DNA of 64,000 bases from an uncultured Planctomycetota bacterium (GTDB lineage: Bacteria > Planctomycetota > Planctomycetia > Gemmatales > Gemmataceae), in contig CAWKHF010000007.1 in NCBI GenBank assembly GCA_963849325.1, positions 32,001 to 96,000 of the forward strand. Reading direction: 5' to 3'. The position numbers and the translations under genes are program-made. Of this stretch, positions 22,739 through 32,164 are shown in pieces (position 1 is the stretch's first letter; each line of letters opens with the position of its first letter). The notes under the pieces were generated by a model. That model searched no databases, had not been told where the DNA came from, and saw only the letters and a list, made by a program, of their open reading frames with translations.

Positions 22739-22811
22739 GTCCGCCCCTCCGGGAGCCGCATGCGACCCTCTGGCAGATTTTACCTCAAGCGGCCCCGGAT
22801 CGGAATGCTGT

Positions 22812-23921
22812 CTAGGTGGATGGGGTAGCCGGACGGTCGAGACGGAAGTCCTCCAGCGGTATCGTCGGCTTCTCTCCGAGAAGCGTTTCCTTCATCACCA
22901 GCGCCGTCGCCGGAGAAAGCTGAATGCCGGAGCGGAAGTGGCCGGCGGCAAGGAAGAGATTGTCCGTACCCGGAACGGCGCCCAGGTAGGGCTTGCCATC
23001 GGGACTGCCGGGGCGCAGGCCGGCCCAGCAGCGCTCGACAGTGGCGCCGGCCAGGGCGGGGACGAACGCGGCGGCCAGCGCCAGCAAATCGGCGATAACT
23101 CCCGCCGTCGGACGCGCGTCGAAGCCGGCGTCCTCCTCGGTGGAGCCGACCAGGATGCGACCGTCACCGCGCGGCACGAGGTAACGCTTACCGTGCAACA
23201 GCAACGGCCGGACCTCGGGCGTACCCGTGTTCAAGAGGGCGATCTGGCCGCGCACCGGCCGGATACCGGGACGCCAGCCGAGCGGCCCCAACAGCGAATC
23301 GGTCCAGGCGCCCGTGGCGATCAGGAACCGGCCGGCCGTGAGCCGTCCCTGGTCCGTCTCCACCGCCTCGATCCGGTCGCCCTTCCGCACCAGACTGCGA
23401 GCCGGACAGTTGGGCCGCAGTCGCACTCCGCGTTTTTCACATGCCGCCTGGAGCGCTTTGACGTGCCGCGGATTGCGGACTTGCGCCATTTCCGGCAAGA
23501 AGTACGCTCGCTCCACGTTCGCGGCGAGGTCCGGCTGGCGGCGGCGCAACTCGTCGCCGGTCCACTCCTCGAAGGCAATGCCCTCGCCGCGCCACTCGTC
23601 GGAGGAACGGTCGTCCGCACGGGTGAACAACTCCAGGCCGCCGCAGACGAAATAGCCGTTGTCGATGCCCGTCTGCTCGCGGAGGCTTTGCGACAGGGCT
23701 GGATACAGGGTCCAGCTGCGCCAACGGAGCTGATCGTAGGCCGTGCGGGCATAAGCCGGATCGACGGGGGAGAGGATGCCGGCGCCGGCCCAGGAAGCCT
23801 GCCGGCCGAAGTCGCCCTTGTCCACGATCATCGTTCGCACGCCGGTTTCAGCCAGGAACCAGGCCGTGCTCAAGCCGATGACGCCGCCGCCGAGGACCAA
23901 CACGTCGGGATGCTCTGCCAT
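22812..23921 (-). CDS. thiO: Glycine oxidase ThiO (FAD-dependent D-amino acid oxidase family)
   Basis: GGGVIG, QASWAGAGIL, PVRGQI, YLVPRGDG, WAGLRPGSPD, GHFRSGIQLSP. Confidence 0.85.
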   Translation of the reverse strand: MAEHPDVLVLGGGVIGLSTAWFLAETGVRTMIVDKGDFGRQASWAGAGILSPVDPAYARTAYDQLRWRSWTLYPALSQSLREQTGIDNGYFVCGGLELFTRADDRSSDEWRGEGIAFEEWTGDELRRRQPDLAANVERAYFLPEMAQVRNPRHVKALQAACEKRGVRLRPNCPARSLVRKGDRIEAVETDQGRLTAGRFLIATGAWTDSLLGPLGWRPGIRPVRGQIALLNTGTPEVRPLLLHGKRYLVPRGDGRILVGSTEEDAGFDARPTAGVIADLLALAAAFVPALAGATVERCWAGLRPGSPDGKPYLGAVPGTDNLFLAAGHFRSGIQLSPATALVMKETLLGEKPTIPLEDFRLDRPATPST

Positions 23922-24077
23922 GCCGTTTGTTATAGCGAGGACACGGCTCGGCGAGGCCGGTAACAGGCACGAATCGCACTCGATGGACTTCCGCTACCGC
24001 ATTTCCGGCTTCCACCCAGGGAGATATGGTTTACATTGGATGCAACACGGCCTGGTCCTCCCAAGGAGATTGTTCGA

Positions 24078-26451
24078 GTGAAACCTCATTCCGTTCGGCT
24101 GATCGGACTTTTGTTGCTTGGCTCCTTGCTTGGCCTCGCCGGCCCCTTCCGGGCCGACCCGGCGCGGGCCCAAACCGACGCCACCGTCGATTTCACCCAA
24201 CCGCAGTCGCCTCCGAAGCCTGCTCCGAAAGGACTCCGGATCATCGATCAGGGCGCCAACGACCCGCGCCTCAAGGGTTACTTCACCCCGGAAGGCGTGA
24301 AGGTCGAAATCGTCGCCGAGGAGCCGGTCGTCGTCAACCCGGTCGGCATGACCTTTAGCGACGACGGTACGCCCTACGTCCTCGAATGGCGGCCCAGCCC
24401 GGGCGAGGAGGGACGCGAGACGCCGGAAACCTTCACCTACCGCGACGGCCGCAAACGCACCATCGCCACCATGAAAAAGAAGGTCAAGGACGTCGTCAAG
24501 ATCCTGCGCGACAGCAAGGGGAAGGGCGTCTACGACCAGTCGAAAGTCATCCTCGAAGACGAATTGCCGTCGAGCATTTTGCTGCACGAAGGCTGGATTT
24601 ACCTGTCCGGCGCGGCACGGTGCGCCGCTTCCGCCAGACGGAGCCGGGAGGCGAGTATAACGTCAAGGAGATCATCGCCCGTGGTTTCTGCGGCTTCCAT
24701 CACCAGCAGGTCTCGGGGCTGACGATCGGCAACGACGGTTGGCTGTACATCACCTCCGGCGACGACGACAATTACGTCGAGGGTTCCGACGGCAGCCGGG
24801 CGACGATCCTGCGCACCGGGGCCGTCTTCCGTTGCCGGCCGGACGGCTCTCGTCTGCACGCCTTCGCCCGGGGCTTCCACAATCCCTACCGCGACGTGGC
24901 CTTCGACGCCTGGGGCAATATGTTTCACGCCGACAACGATATCAAGGACGGCAGCAAATTCATAGGCTGTCGGCTGATGCACGTCGCCGAGGGCTGCGAT
25001 TTCGGTTGGCGTCTCCGCCCGGGTGTGCGCTGCTGCCAGCCGGACAACCTGCGCGGCGCCGTCCACGGCGAACTGCCCGGCAAGATGCCGCCGCTGCTCA
25101 AGACCGGCCGCGGCGCGCCGGCCGGACTGCTCATCTACAACGACAGCCGATTCCCCGAGAATTACCGCGGCCTGCTCTACTATCCCGACGTCGTCCGCAA
25201 GCTGATCCGCGCCTACCGGGTCGAGCCGCGCGGCGCGACCTTCGCCGTCACCGAGGAATTCGCGTTTCTCCAGAGCGACGACCCACTGTTTCGGCCCTGC
25301 CAGATGGTAACCGGGCCGGACGGGGCCATGTACGTCGTGGACTGGCGCACCGACTCGGGCGGCGCCGGCCGCCTCTCCGGCGACGGCGTACACGGTCGCA
25401 TCTATCGCATTTCCTGGGCCGGCGCCAAGGACCAGCCGGCCCGGCCGCTTCGGCCGATGGATAGCTGGAGGAAGGTCGTTCGGCTCTCCGACGACGACCT
25501 GCTCAAGGTGCTGACCGGCGAAGAGTCCAGCGATCGCAGCCATGCGCAACGAGAGCTGGTCCGTCGCGGCGCGCGAAACCTCGCCGCCCTGCTCCGGCTG
25601 CTCCGCGACGTCGAGCAGCCGCTGACCGCCCGCATTTCCGCCCTGGGTATTCTCGAATCGTTCTGGAATGGCGACGTGCAGACGGCGTTTCAAGAAGTGC
25701 TGGCCAACGACGAAGGTCCGCTACGTCGGCTGGCGGCCGAGGGGCTGGGACGGGGCGCGGTGCGCGGCGACGCGCAGGTCCACGACGCCCTGCTGAGGGC
25801 CCTCAACGACAACGACCCGTCCGTCCAGCGCGCGGCCGCCCTCGCCATGGGGCGCGTCGCCGCTCCGGCGCCGCCGACGCCCTGGTCAACACGCTGGCCT
25901 TCGACGACAGCCAGGATGTGTATTGGCGCGATGGCATCGTTCGCGCCATCGAGGCGCTGGGAAAGCCGGGGATTGATCGCTTGCTCGCCCTGGCCGAGTC
26001 CGGCGTCCGCAAGGACACCGACAACGTCGTACACACGTTCGCCATGCTGCGCACGCGGGCGGGTTACGAGGGATTGCCGGCCCTGTTGAAGTATCCGCAT
26101 TTGCAGGTGCCGCAGCGGGTCCAGTTGGTCCGCTCCTTCGGCAATTACTTGCTCGATCCGCCCATCTCCCTGGAGCCGATGATCGACTACTTGAATACGA
26201 AGGCGGGTGAACCCATCGAGGTGAAGCGGGCAGGCGTGGAAGTGCTGTCCGCCGGAGGTACGATCGCGGGCCGCAAGGCCGAGGACTGGCTGCTGGGTCT
26301 GCTGCCGTGGGCCGAGCACGCCGCCAAGGCCGGGACGATCTCGGCCGCGGAATCCACTCGCCTCCGCCGCGACGCCAGCGCGGCCATCGATCAGCTGCGC
26401 AAGGATCGCAAAACACAGGAATCGCTGCGCGGCCTCAAGACGAGCCACTAA
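24078..26451 (+). CDS. PVC-type membrane-bound dehydrogenase-like beta-propeller plus HEAT repeats; two indels
   Basis: VAEEPVVVNPVGMTF, GNDGWLYITSGDD, GAVFRCRPDGS, LFRPCQMVTGPDGAMYVVDW, HEAT repeats. Confidence 0.8.
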
Positions 26452-26549
26452 GAGGCGCAAACTTTTGGCCTACTGGCCCACAGCGTCCGCGATGGTCGTT
26501 TTCACCTGTCGCGGACGCTCCGGACGGATGGTTCGTTCTGTCAGCTTCC

Positions 26550-26771
26550 TCAGGGCATCACGCCGCCGTGGACGCGCTCGGGCGTCAGGTGCGAGGGCAT
26601 GTCGATCATCCAGATGCGTTCCCACTCGTATTCGACCTGCCGAAGGTCTTCCGACTGGTTAAGCAGTTCGAGGATACGGCGGTTGGGGTCGGACGAGTAA
26701 ATGTTGATGAAGCAGCCCGTCTGACTGAGGACGAGTCCGGACACCGCGACCAAGAGCAGCAGCCGCCGCAT
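26550..26771 (-). CDS. Small lipoprotein (73 aa)
   Basis: GGAGG RBS; MRRLLLLVAVSGLVLSQTG-C lipobox; SEDLRQVEYEWERIW..PSHLTPERVHGG. Confidence 0.8.
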   Translation of the reverse strand: MRRLLLLVAVSGLVLSQTGCFINIYSSDPNRRILELLNQSEDLRQVEYEWERIWMIDMPSHLTPERVHGGVMP

Positions 26772-26910
26772 GTCAACCTCCGGGGATCGAAAGAAGGGCC
26801 GTCGTGATCGCATGACGACTCCCGGCGGGAGACTCCCCGCGCCGGTCTCCCGCGAAGGAAGAAGGCGGGCGGAGGATACGATGCTCACGGATCAAACGGT
26901 CCCGAAGGTT

Positions 26911-26938
26911 GTATCGGTTGAAACGTCAAGGTACTTGA
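26911..26938 (-). promoter_or_regulatory. Possible sigma28/FliA-like promoter
   Basis: Minus strand TCAAG-N15-ACCGATAC upstream of the lipoprotein gene. Confidence 0.35.
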
Positions 26939-26968
26939 GACGGCTTGTTTCCGTCCTGCCGGCCAGAG

Positions 26969-27197
26969 CAGGGCCGTTCCATTATTCAAGCTGCGGCAAG
27001 CGGAGAAGGGTCAGGACTTTGTTGAAGCAGTGGCTCCTGGTCCGCAGAGCGGCAGCCAGGCTTGCTGTCGCGCTATCCAGCGGAGGGAGGATGCTATTGC
27101 GTAGCGCGGCCATCACCTGCGGCGCCGCCTCCCGGCCTACCCGACTCCCCTACTCCCCCACGTCGTTCCCACCAAGATCAACTCTGGAACGGCCCGG
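26969..27197 (-). mobile_element. Miniature, internally deleted ISAs1-family-like element
   Basis: Terminal IRs CAGGGCCGTTCCA and TGGAACGGCCCGG; minus-strand remnant AAPQVMAALRNSI...LAAALR...LTLLRLPQLE*, with TAA next to the IR. Confidence 0.7.
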
Positions 27198-27201
27198 TGT
27201 T

Positions 27202-28494
27202 TCACGCACTCCGCCGCAGTCTTCGGAGTTCAACGTCGCGCACGGCGCGGCGACGCTCGGCGGCGGTCTGCTCGAACAGCGTGCGATACAGCGCCGCGTG
27301 CGTCTCGGTGAAGACGGCATGGCGGCGGCGCATGACCTCGGCGGCGGTTCGCAGCAGGGCGGCGAACTCGGCGCGGTCGGTCAACGCCTCGTTCCACCAG
27401 CTGGCGAAGGACGGGATGTATTTCGGCAGCAAGCCGCCGGGCAACAGGTTGCAGAAGACGCCGGCGTTGCTGCCGGTGTTCAGCAGGGTGCCGAGGCCGG
27501 TCTTGGTGTGGTCGCCGAGGAAACAGCCGACTTTCGTCAGTCCCGTGCCCACACGCCGGCCGTTGACCGTCATCGTGACCTCGCCGTAGTCGTTGCGCAG
27601 GTCGCTGTTCTGGGTGCCGGCGCCGAGGTTGACCCACTCGCCGACGTAGGCGTGGCCGAGGAAACCGTCGTGATACTTGTTGCTGTGGCCCTGGACGATA
27701 CTGCACTCGACCTCGCCGCCGATGCGGCAGTCGGGACCGAGTGTCGTGCCGCCGCGGATTTTCGCGCCATGAACCTGCGTCCGCGGGCCGATCGCGCATG
27801 GCCCTTCCAGGCGGGTGAACGCGGTGATGACCGCCTCGCGCTCGATGACGATGGGGCCGTTGGTCGCGTCGGCGACCACCATCGGATCGAGGCGGGCCGA
27901 CGGATGGATGACGACGTGCTCGCGCGAGCCGACGATGGCGAGGCCGGGTTGGCCGGCGCTGGCCGGCTCCGCCGCGAAGGGTGGGCCGACCGTCTGCCAG
28001 TCGGCCAGGATTTGTTCGCCGTTGTGATGGACTAGCTCCCACAGGTAGCGGAAGAGTCGGCCGCCCGCCGGACGCGGCGGCAGGGTCGCCTTCCAGGTGG
28101 CCAGGCAATCGTCGAGCGTGTTCGGCGAGCAATCGGCCAGCTGCTCTGGTCCCACGACCGCGAAGGCCACCTCGTCGTGTACCAGACCAACGCAAGGCTC
28201 TGACAATTCCGTTAATGGTAGCGGGATGCACGGCGGGAGCCAGCGGCCATTGACGAGGATGGTTGGGCCTGCCCGCAGCCAGGCGAGGTCGTTGACCGGC
28301 ACGGCCGTCGAGGTGAGCCGATACAGATCGGCCAGGGACGGCCGGACCAGGGCGCCGCGCGGCCCCGGCGGAAAGAATCGGCTCTGCTTGGCGGCCAGCG
28401 TGGTCAGCCCGCACAGCAACTCGAAAACGGGGCGGGTCAGACTCAGCGGTTCGAGATCGAGGGCGCCACGGTCTTCAAAGAGGCAAACGCGCAT
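27202..28494 (-). CDS. Putative sugar nucleotidyltransferase with LbH domain (GlmU-related)
   Basis: LEPLSLTRPVFELLCG, hexapeptide repeats, NKYHDGFLGHAYVGEWVNLGAGT, GDHTKTG. Confidence 0.85.
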   Translation of the reverse strand: MRVCLFEDRGALDLEPLSLTRPVFELLCGLTTLAAKQSRFFPPGPRGALVRPSLADLYRLTSTAVPVNDLAWLRAGPTILVNGRWLPPCIPLPLTELSEPCVGLVHDEVAFAVVGPEQLADCSPNTLDDCLATWKATLPPRPAGGRLFRYLWELVHHNGEQILADWQTVGPPFAAEPASAGQPGLAIVGSREHVVIHPSARLDPMVVADATNGPIVIEREAVITAFTRLEGPCAIGPRTQVHGAKIRGGTTLGPDCRIGGEVECSIVQGHSNKYHDGFLGHAYVGEWVNLGAGTQNSDLRNDYGEVTMTVNGRRVGTGLTKVGCFLGDHTKTGLGTLLNTGSNAGVFCNLLPGGLLPKYIPSFASWWNEALTDRAEFAALLRTAAEVMRRRHAVFTETHAALYRTLFEQTAAERRRAVRDVELRRLRRSA

Positions 28495-28556
28495 GACCAC
28501 GTCCTTTCGGTCATCGGTGCCGGAAATGGGAAAATCACCATCCTGGTGAAAGGAAG

Positions 28557-28586
28557 ATTATACAGCGCATCCGGCGAGCCCGCCAA
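28557..28586 (-). promoter_or_regulatory. Putative sigma70 promoter
   Basis: TTGGCG-N18-TATAAT on the minus strand, about 60 bp upstream of the CDS. Confidence 0.5.
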
Positions 28587-28668
28587 GAGCGAAGCAGGCA
28601 CGCTTGGACGAAAGCCTCTGGACTTTGTCACCCCTTTGCAGCAGACGAAGAGACCCAAGCGCCAGGAA

Positions 28669-28723
28669 GTAGGTGCCGTGAGCCGAGAGGCATACACTAC
28701 CCCGCTCGGCTTGCGGCATCTAC
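28669..28723. repeat. Imperfect palindromic element (GTAGGTGCCG..AGCCGAG)
   Basis: gtaggtgccgtgagccgag ... ctcggcttgcggcatctac. Confidence 0.7.
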
Positions 28724-28746
28724 CGCCGATCGAGACAGCCGGATCC

Positions 28747-30291
28747 TCAGCGAGCTTGCGGCTGCGCGACGGCCCGCTCGAAGGCCCGCCGTCCATCGCG
28801 GTACGCCTCGCGCCACGCCGGATTCGGCGCGACCGGCGTACGGAACTTGACCAACCGAGCCACGGCATCGGCCACGGTGTAGGGTGTATCGATGCCGCGG
28901 GCACGCCGCTGATAGGATTCGTAAGCGGCCAGGGCCGTCACGGCGGCGCCGAGGGCCGGACCTTCCGACGATTGCAGCCGCTCCAGCGGCCGATCCAGCA
29001 CCGTCGCCAGGATCTCGCACATCAACTCGCTCCGGGCGATGCCGCCGGAGACCGTGATGCGCGTGATCTTCTGGCCCGCCTCCTCGTGCTCGCGCACGCC
29101 CAGGGCGATCAGGTAGGCCAGCGCTTCCAGCGACGCCCGGAACTTCCGGCCCGGCTCCTTCGGCTCGGCCGGCAGCCATTCCAGCCGCGGCTTACCGACG
29201 CCCAGCGACGGCTCCGGCGCGGTGAACGGCAACACCGTCGTGTCCCCGGCGCCCGGCGGACAGGCGCGGGCCTCGCGCTCCAGCCGCTCCCAGTCCGGCC
29301 GTGGACCGAGGACGCGGTCGAGGAACTGGGCGCCGTTGTTGTAGCAGCGCATCCACAGGTACGGACCCCAGTTCAGGCGCATGGCGTCGAGCGTGCCGGA
29401 CGAGGGCAGCCGGTTCGACGAGGAATTGACGACGGCCGAATTGCCGAGGATGACCGCCATCTGACCGGCATCGACGGCGCCGCCGCCGACCAGGCCGGCC
29501 GCCTGGTCGTCCGAGGTGGGGAAGATCAGCGGTCCCTTTTTGTTGCGGCCGATACGGGCGAACCGCTTCGCCGACAGCATCAGCTCGCCCAGCGGCTCGG
29601 CGGCATCCACGATGGGCGGCAGGTGCTTCCAGGCCAATTGACGTACTTTCGGGTCTTGCAAGGCACCGAGCATGAAGCGCGACCATTTGCAGGTGCGCAG
29701 GTTCATGATGCCGGTCGAGGCCGCCGCCGACACACTGACGGCGTCGAAATTGCCCGTCAGAAAGCCGGCCGCCAGCGGACCGTGCGGCAGCAGACGCCGC
29801 GTTTGCCGCCAACCCTCCAGCGGCAGACATTCCTCGTCCTTGACCAGGTGGCTGAGAGTGTAGCGAATGGCCCACGGGCCGCCGATGGCCTGGACGACCT
29901 TCGACTGTCCGCCGAGCCGTTCCAGGCCGCGAGCGTGATACGGCGCCAGACTGTGGTCGTTCCAGCAGATGGCCCGCCGTACCTGCACGTTGTCGGCGTC
30001 GATGCGTCCGGCCGTGTGGTGCGTCGCCGAGATGCCGCCCGCCACCCAGCGCGCCGCCCCCTCCGGCCCGAGTTGTCCCCCCAGCACGCGCAGGCTGGCC
30101 ATCGCCTGCCCTTCCAGCTGCATCAGGTTCAACTCCGATACGCCGCCCTCGGTCCACAGGTCGGTCGGCAGACGCACCTCGGCGACCTTGTTGCCGTCGA
30201 GGTCGAAGGCCAGGCACTTGACGGCGCCGGTGCTGAAGTCCCAGCCCGCCACGAGGCGATTGGCGTGTACACAGCGAAGCGGCTCGGCCAC
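28747..30291 (-). CDS. FGGY-family carbohydrate kinase (xylulokinase-like)
   Basis: GWDFSTGAVK, AICWND, DDQAAGLVGGG, ILGNS, VSGGIARS, EGPALGAA; start GTG approximate. Confidence 0.85.
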   Translation of the reverse strand: MAEPLRCVHANRLVAGWDFSTGAVKCLAFDLDGNKVAEVRLPTDLWTEGGVSELNLMQLEGQAMASLRVLGGQLGPEGAARWVAGGISATHHTAGRIDADNVQVRRAICWNDHSLAPYHARGLERLGGQSKVVQAIGGPWAIRYTLSHLVKDEECLPLEGWRQTRRLLPHGPLAAGFLTGNFDAVSVSAAASTGIMNLRTCKWSRFMLGALQDPKVRQLAWKHLPPIVDAAEPLGELMLSAKRFARIGRNKKGPLIFPTSDDQAAGLVGGGAVDAGQMAVILGNSAVVNSSSNRLPSSGTLDAMRLNWGPYLWMRCYNNGAQFLDRVLGPRPDWERLEREARACPPGAGDTTVLPFTAPEPSLGVGKPRLEWLPAEPKEPGRKFRASLEALAYLIALGVREHEEAGQKITRITVSGGIARSELMCEILATVLDRPLERLQSSEGPALGAAVTALAAYESYQRRARGIDTPYTVADAVARLVKFRTPVAPNPAWREAYRDGRRAFERAVAQPQAR

Positions 30292-30457
30292 GGCTCGTTT
30301 CTCCCGATGACTCCGCGGAGGCGAATGGTCCCGATGGGCGTTGGTATATCCCGAGCGGAGACGGTTCGCCAGCAGGGCCGTACAATGATCGCGGCACGAC
30401 CGGCGCCGCTGGACCGGCCCGGATTTCCCTTTTCGCTTCCGGAAGAAAGGATTGAGC

Positions 30458-30952
30458 ATGAATGGCTGCAAAGTGATCGAGACGGCATTGGCTTCGACTC
30501 AGCACATCCTGCCCATGTATTTGAGCGATTTGACGGACGCCGACCTGTTGGTTCGGCCCGTGCCGGGGGCCAATCACATCGCCTGGCAACTCGGCCACCT
30601 GATCGCATCGGAGATCCATTTGGTGCGAAGTCAACTGCCCAATGCGGCGTTTCCGGAATTGCCGGCCGGCTTCGCCGAGCAGCACGGCAAGGAGAAGGCG
30701 GCGCAGGAGCCGCCCAAGGGGTTCGGCGGTAAGGAGCAATACGTCGCGCTCTTCAACCGCGTCCGCGAAGCCACCAAGGCGGCGGCGGCCAAGCTCTCGG
30801 AAGCCGACCTCGATCGGCCCACCAAGGGCGACATGGCCCCATTCGCGCCCACGCTGGGCGCGTTCATGGTGCTCGTTTCCAACCACACGCTGATGCACGT
30901 GGGGCAGTTCAGCGCCGTCCGCCGCAAGCTGGGCAAGCCGGTGCTGTTCTGA
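30458..30952 (+). CDS. DinB family protein
   Basis: NHIAWQLGHL ... HTLMHVGQ metal-binding His motif. Confidence 0.9.
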   Translation: MNGCKVIETALASTQHILPMYLSDLTDADLLVRPVPGANHIAWQLGHLIASEIHLVRSQLPNAAFPELPAGFAEQHGKEKAAQEPPKGFGGKEQYVALFNRVREATKAAAAKLSEADLDRPTKGDMAPFAPTLGAFMVLVSNHTLMHVGQFSAVRRKLGKPVLF

Positions 30953-30959
30953 GAACCAT

Positions 30960-31024
30960 GTTTAGCCGCGACGCGCAGCGGAGCGCGGGACTCTCCCGCG
31001 CTCCGCTGCGCGTCGCGGCTAAAC
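30960..31024. repeat. Palindromic REP-like element, family B
   Basis: gtttagccgcgacgcgcagcggagcgcggga ctc tcccgcgctccgctgcgcgtcgcggctaaac (perfect hairpin). Confidence 0.95.
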
Positions 31025-31041
31025 GAAGGACATTAACCAAG

Positions 31042-32061
31042 ATGGGTACCACCGAAACCGTGCGGATCCCCGAGTACAACGTCACCGGCCAGGACTACCG
31101 AGACCGTCGACACTTCCGCTACACCGGCCCGCCGCTGATCGACATTCACGCCCACGTCATGCGGCCGCGCAATCCCGAGAAGCCGGAAGTCGTGGTCGAG
31201 GACAACCTGGACCAGGCCCGGACGATGCTCGCCGTGGCCGAGGAGTTCGGCGTCGGCCGCATCTACTCCATGTGTCCGCCCGACGACATCGCCATGCTGC
31301 GCGAAGCGTTCGGCGATCGTCTCGGCTTCAACGGCCCCATCAATAAGAAGCGCGACGAGCCGGACGACGCGGCGTATCGTCTGCTCGACCGCTTTCTGGA
31401 GCAGGGCGTCGAGATCATCAAGTTCTGGGCGGCGCCGCGCGGCCGGGATCGTGGTCTGTTCGTCGATGCTCCCTGGCGCATCGAGGCGGCGCGGCGAGCC
31501 CAAGCGGCCGGCGTTCGCCTCGTCATGGTACACGTCGCCGACCCCGACCTCTGGTTCGAGAAAGTGTATACCGATGTCGTGCGCTATGGCACCAAGGCCG
31601 ACCAGTACGTCGGCTTGCGGCGGATGCTGGAGATGTTTCCGGACCTGACCTGGATCGCGGCGCACATGGGCGGCGATCCCGAGCACGCCGATCGCCTCGA
31701 AGCGATGCTGGAGCGTTATCCGAACCTGTACCTCGACACCAGCGCGGCCAAGTGGCAGGTCCGCGAGGTTTCGGCCCACCGCGACGCCATCCGGGCGCTG
31801 ATGTGCCGGCAGCCGGCGCGCTTTCTGTTCGGCTCGGACCTGGTGACGCGGCCCGGACTCGACCGCGAGCACTACGTCAGCCGTTACTGGTGCGAGCGCA
31901 CCCTCTGGGAGAGCGACTGGGAGTATCCAAGCCCCATTCAAGACCCCGATTACCCGCTATCGGCCGATGGCCCATCGACGCCGATGCTGCGCGGCCTAGC
32001 CTTACCGCCGGACGTGCTGGCGCAGCTCTATCGGACAAACGCTTTGCATTTGCTAAAATGA
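31042..32061 (+). CDS. Amidohydrolase family protein (Amidohydro_2)
   Basis: IDIHAH, MVHVADPD, IAAHMGG, YLDTS, LFGSD, NA near the C-terminus. Confidence 0.9.
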   Translation: MGTTETVRIPEYNVTGQDYRDRRHFRYTGPPLIDIHAHVMRPRNPEKPEVVVEDNLDQARTMLAVAEEFGVGRIYSMCPPDDIAMLREAFGDRLGFNGPINKKRDEPDDAAYRLLDRFLEQGVEIIKFWAAPRGRDRGLFVDAPWRIEAARRAQAAGVRLVMVHVADPDLWFEKVYTDVVRYGTKADQYVGLRRMLEMFPDLTWIAAHMGGDPEHADRLEAMLERYPNLYLDTSAAKWQVREVSAHRDAIRALMCRQPARFLFGSDLVTRPGLDREHYVSRYWCERTLWESDWEYPSPIQDPDYPLSADGPSTPMLRGLALPPDVLAQLYRTNALHLLK

Positions 32062-32141
32062 ACCACAGATGAACACAGATAAACACGGATGAAGAATTCC
32101 GAAACGAATTGATCTGTGTTCATCCGTGTTCATCTGTGGTT
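32061..32141. repeat. Inverted repeat, family C (AACCACAGATGAACACAGAT)
   Basis: aaccacagatgaacacagataaacacggat ... atctgtgttcatccgtgttcatctgtggtt. Confidence 0.9.
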
Positions 32142-32164
32142 GATTGTTTTTGTTGAGGCGTTTC

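Noticed and set aside
23922-24077. TPP riboswitch upstream of thiO
   Set aside because: No CTGAGA or other TPP core motif is visible on the minus strand.
28495-28746. glmS ribozyme or riboswitch upstream of the GlmU-like gene
   Set aside because: No recognisable core; the region is explained by a sigma70-like promoter and a palindromic repeat.
28546-30732. Long opposite-strand or alternate-frame ORFs (e.g. 28546-30732, 21011-22630, 38565-40352, 57901-59823, 4045-5694)
   Set aside because: Shadow ORFs overlapping well-supported genes in high-GC DNA; Arg/Ala/Gly-rich with no motifs.
32061-32141. CRISPR-like short repeats
   Set aside because: These are 10-bp tandem units in inverted arms, with no unique spacers and no cas genes.
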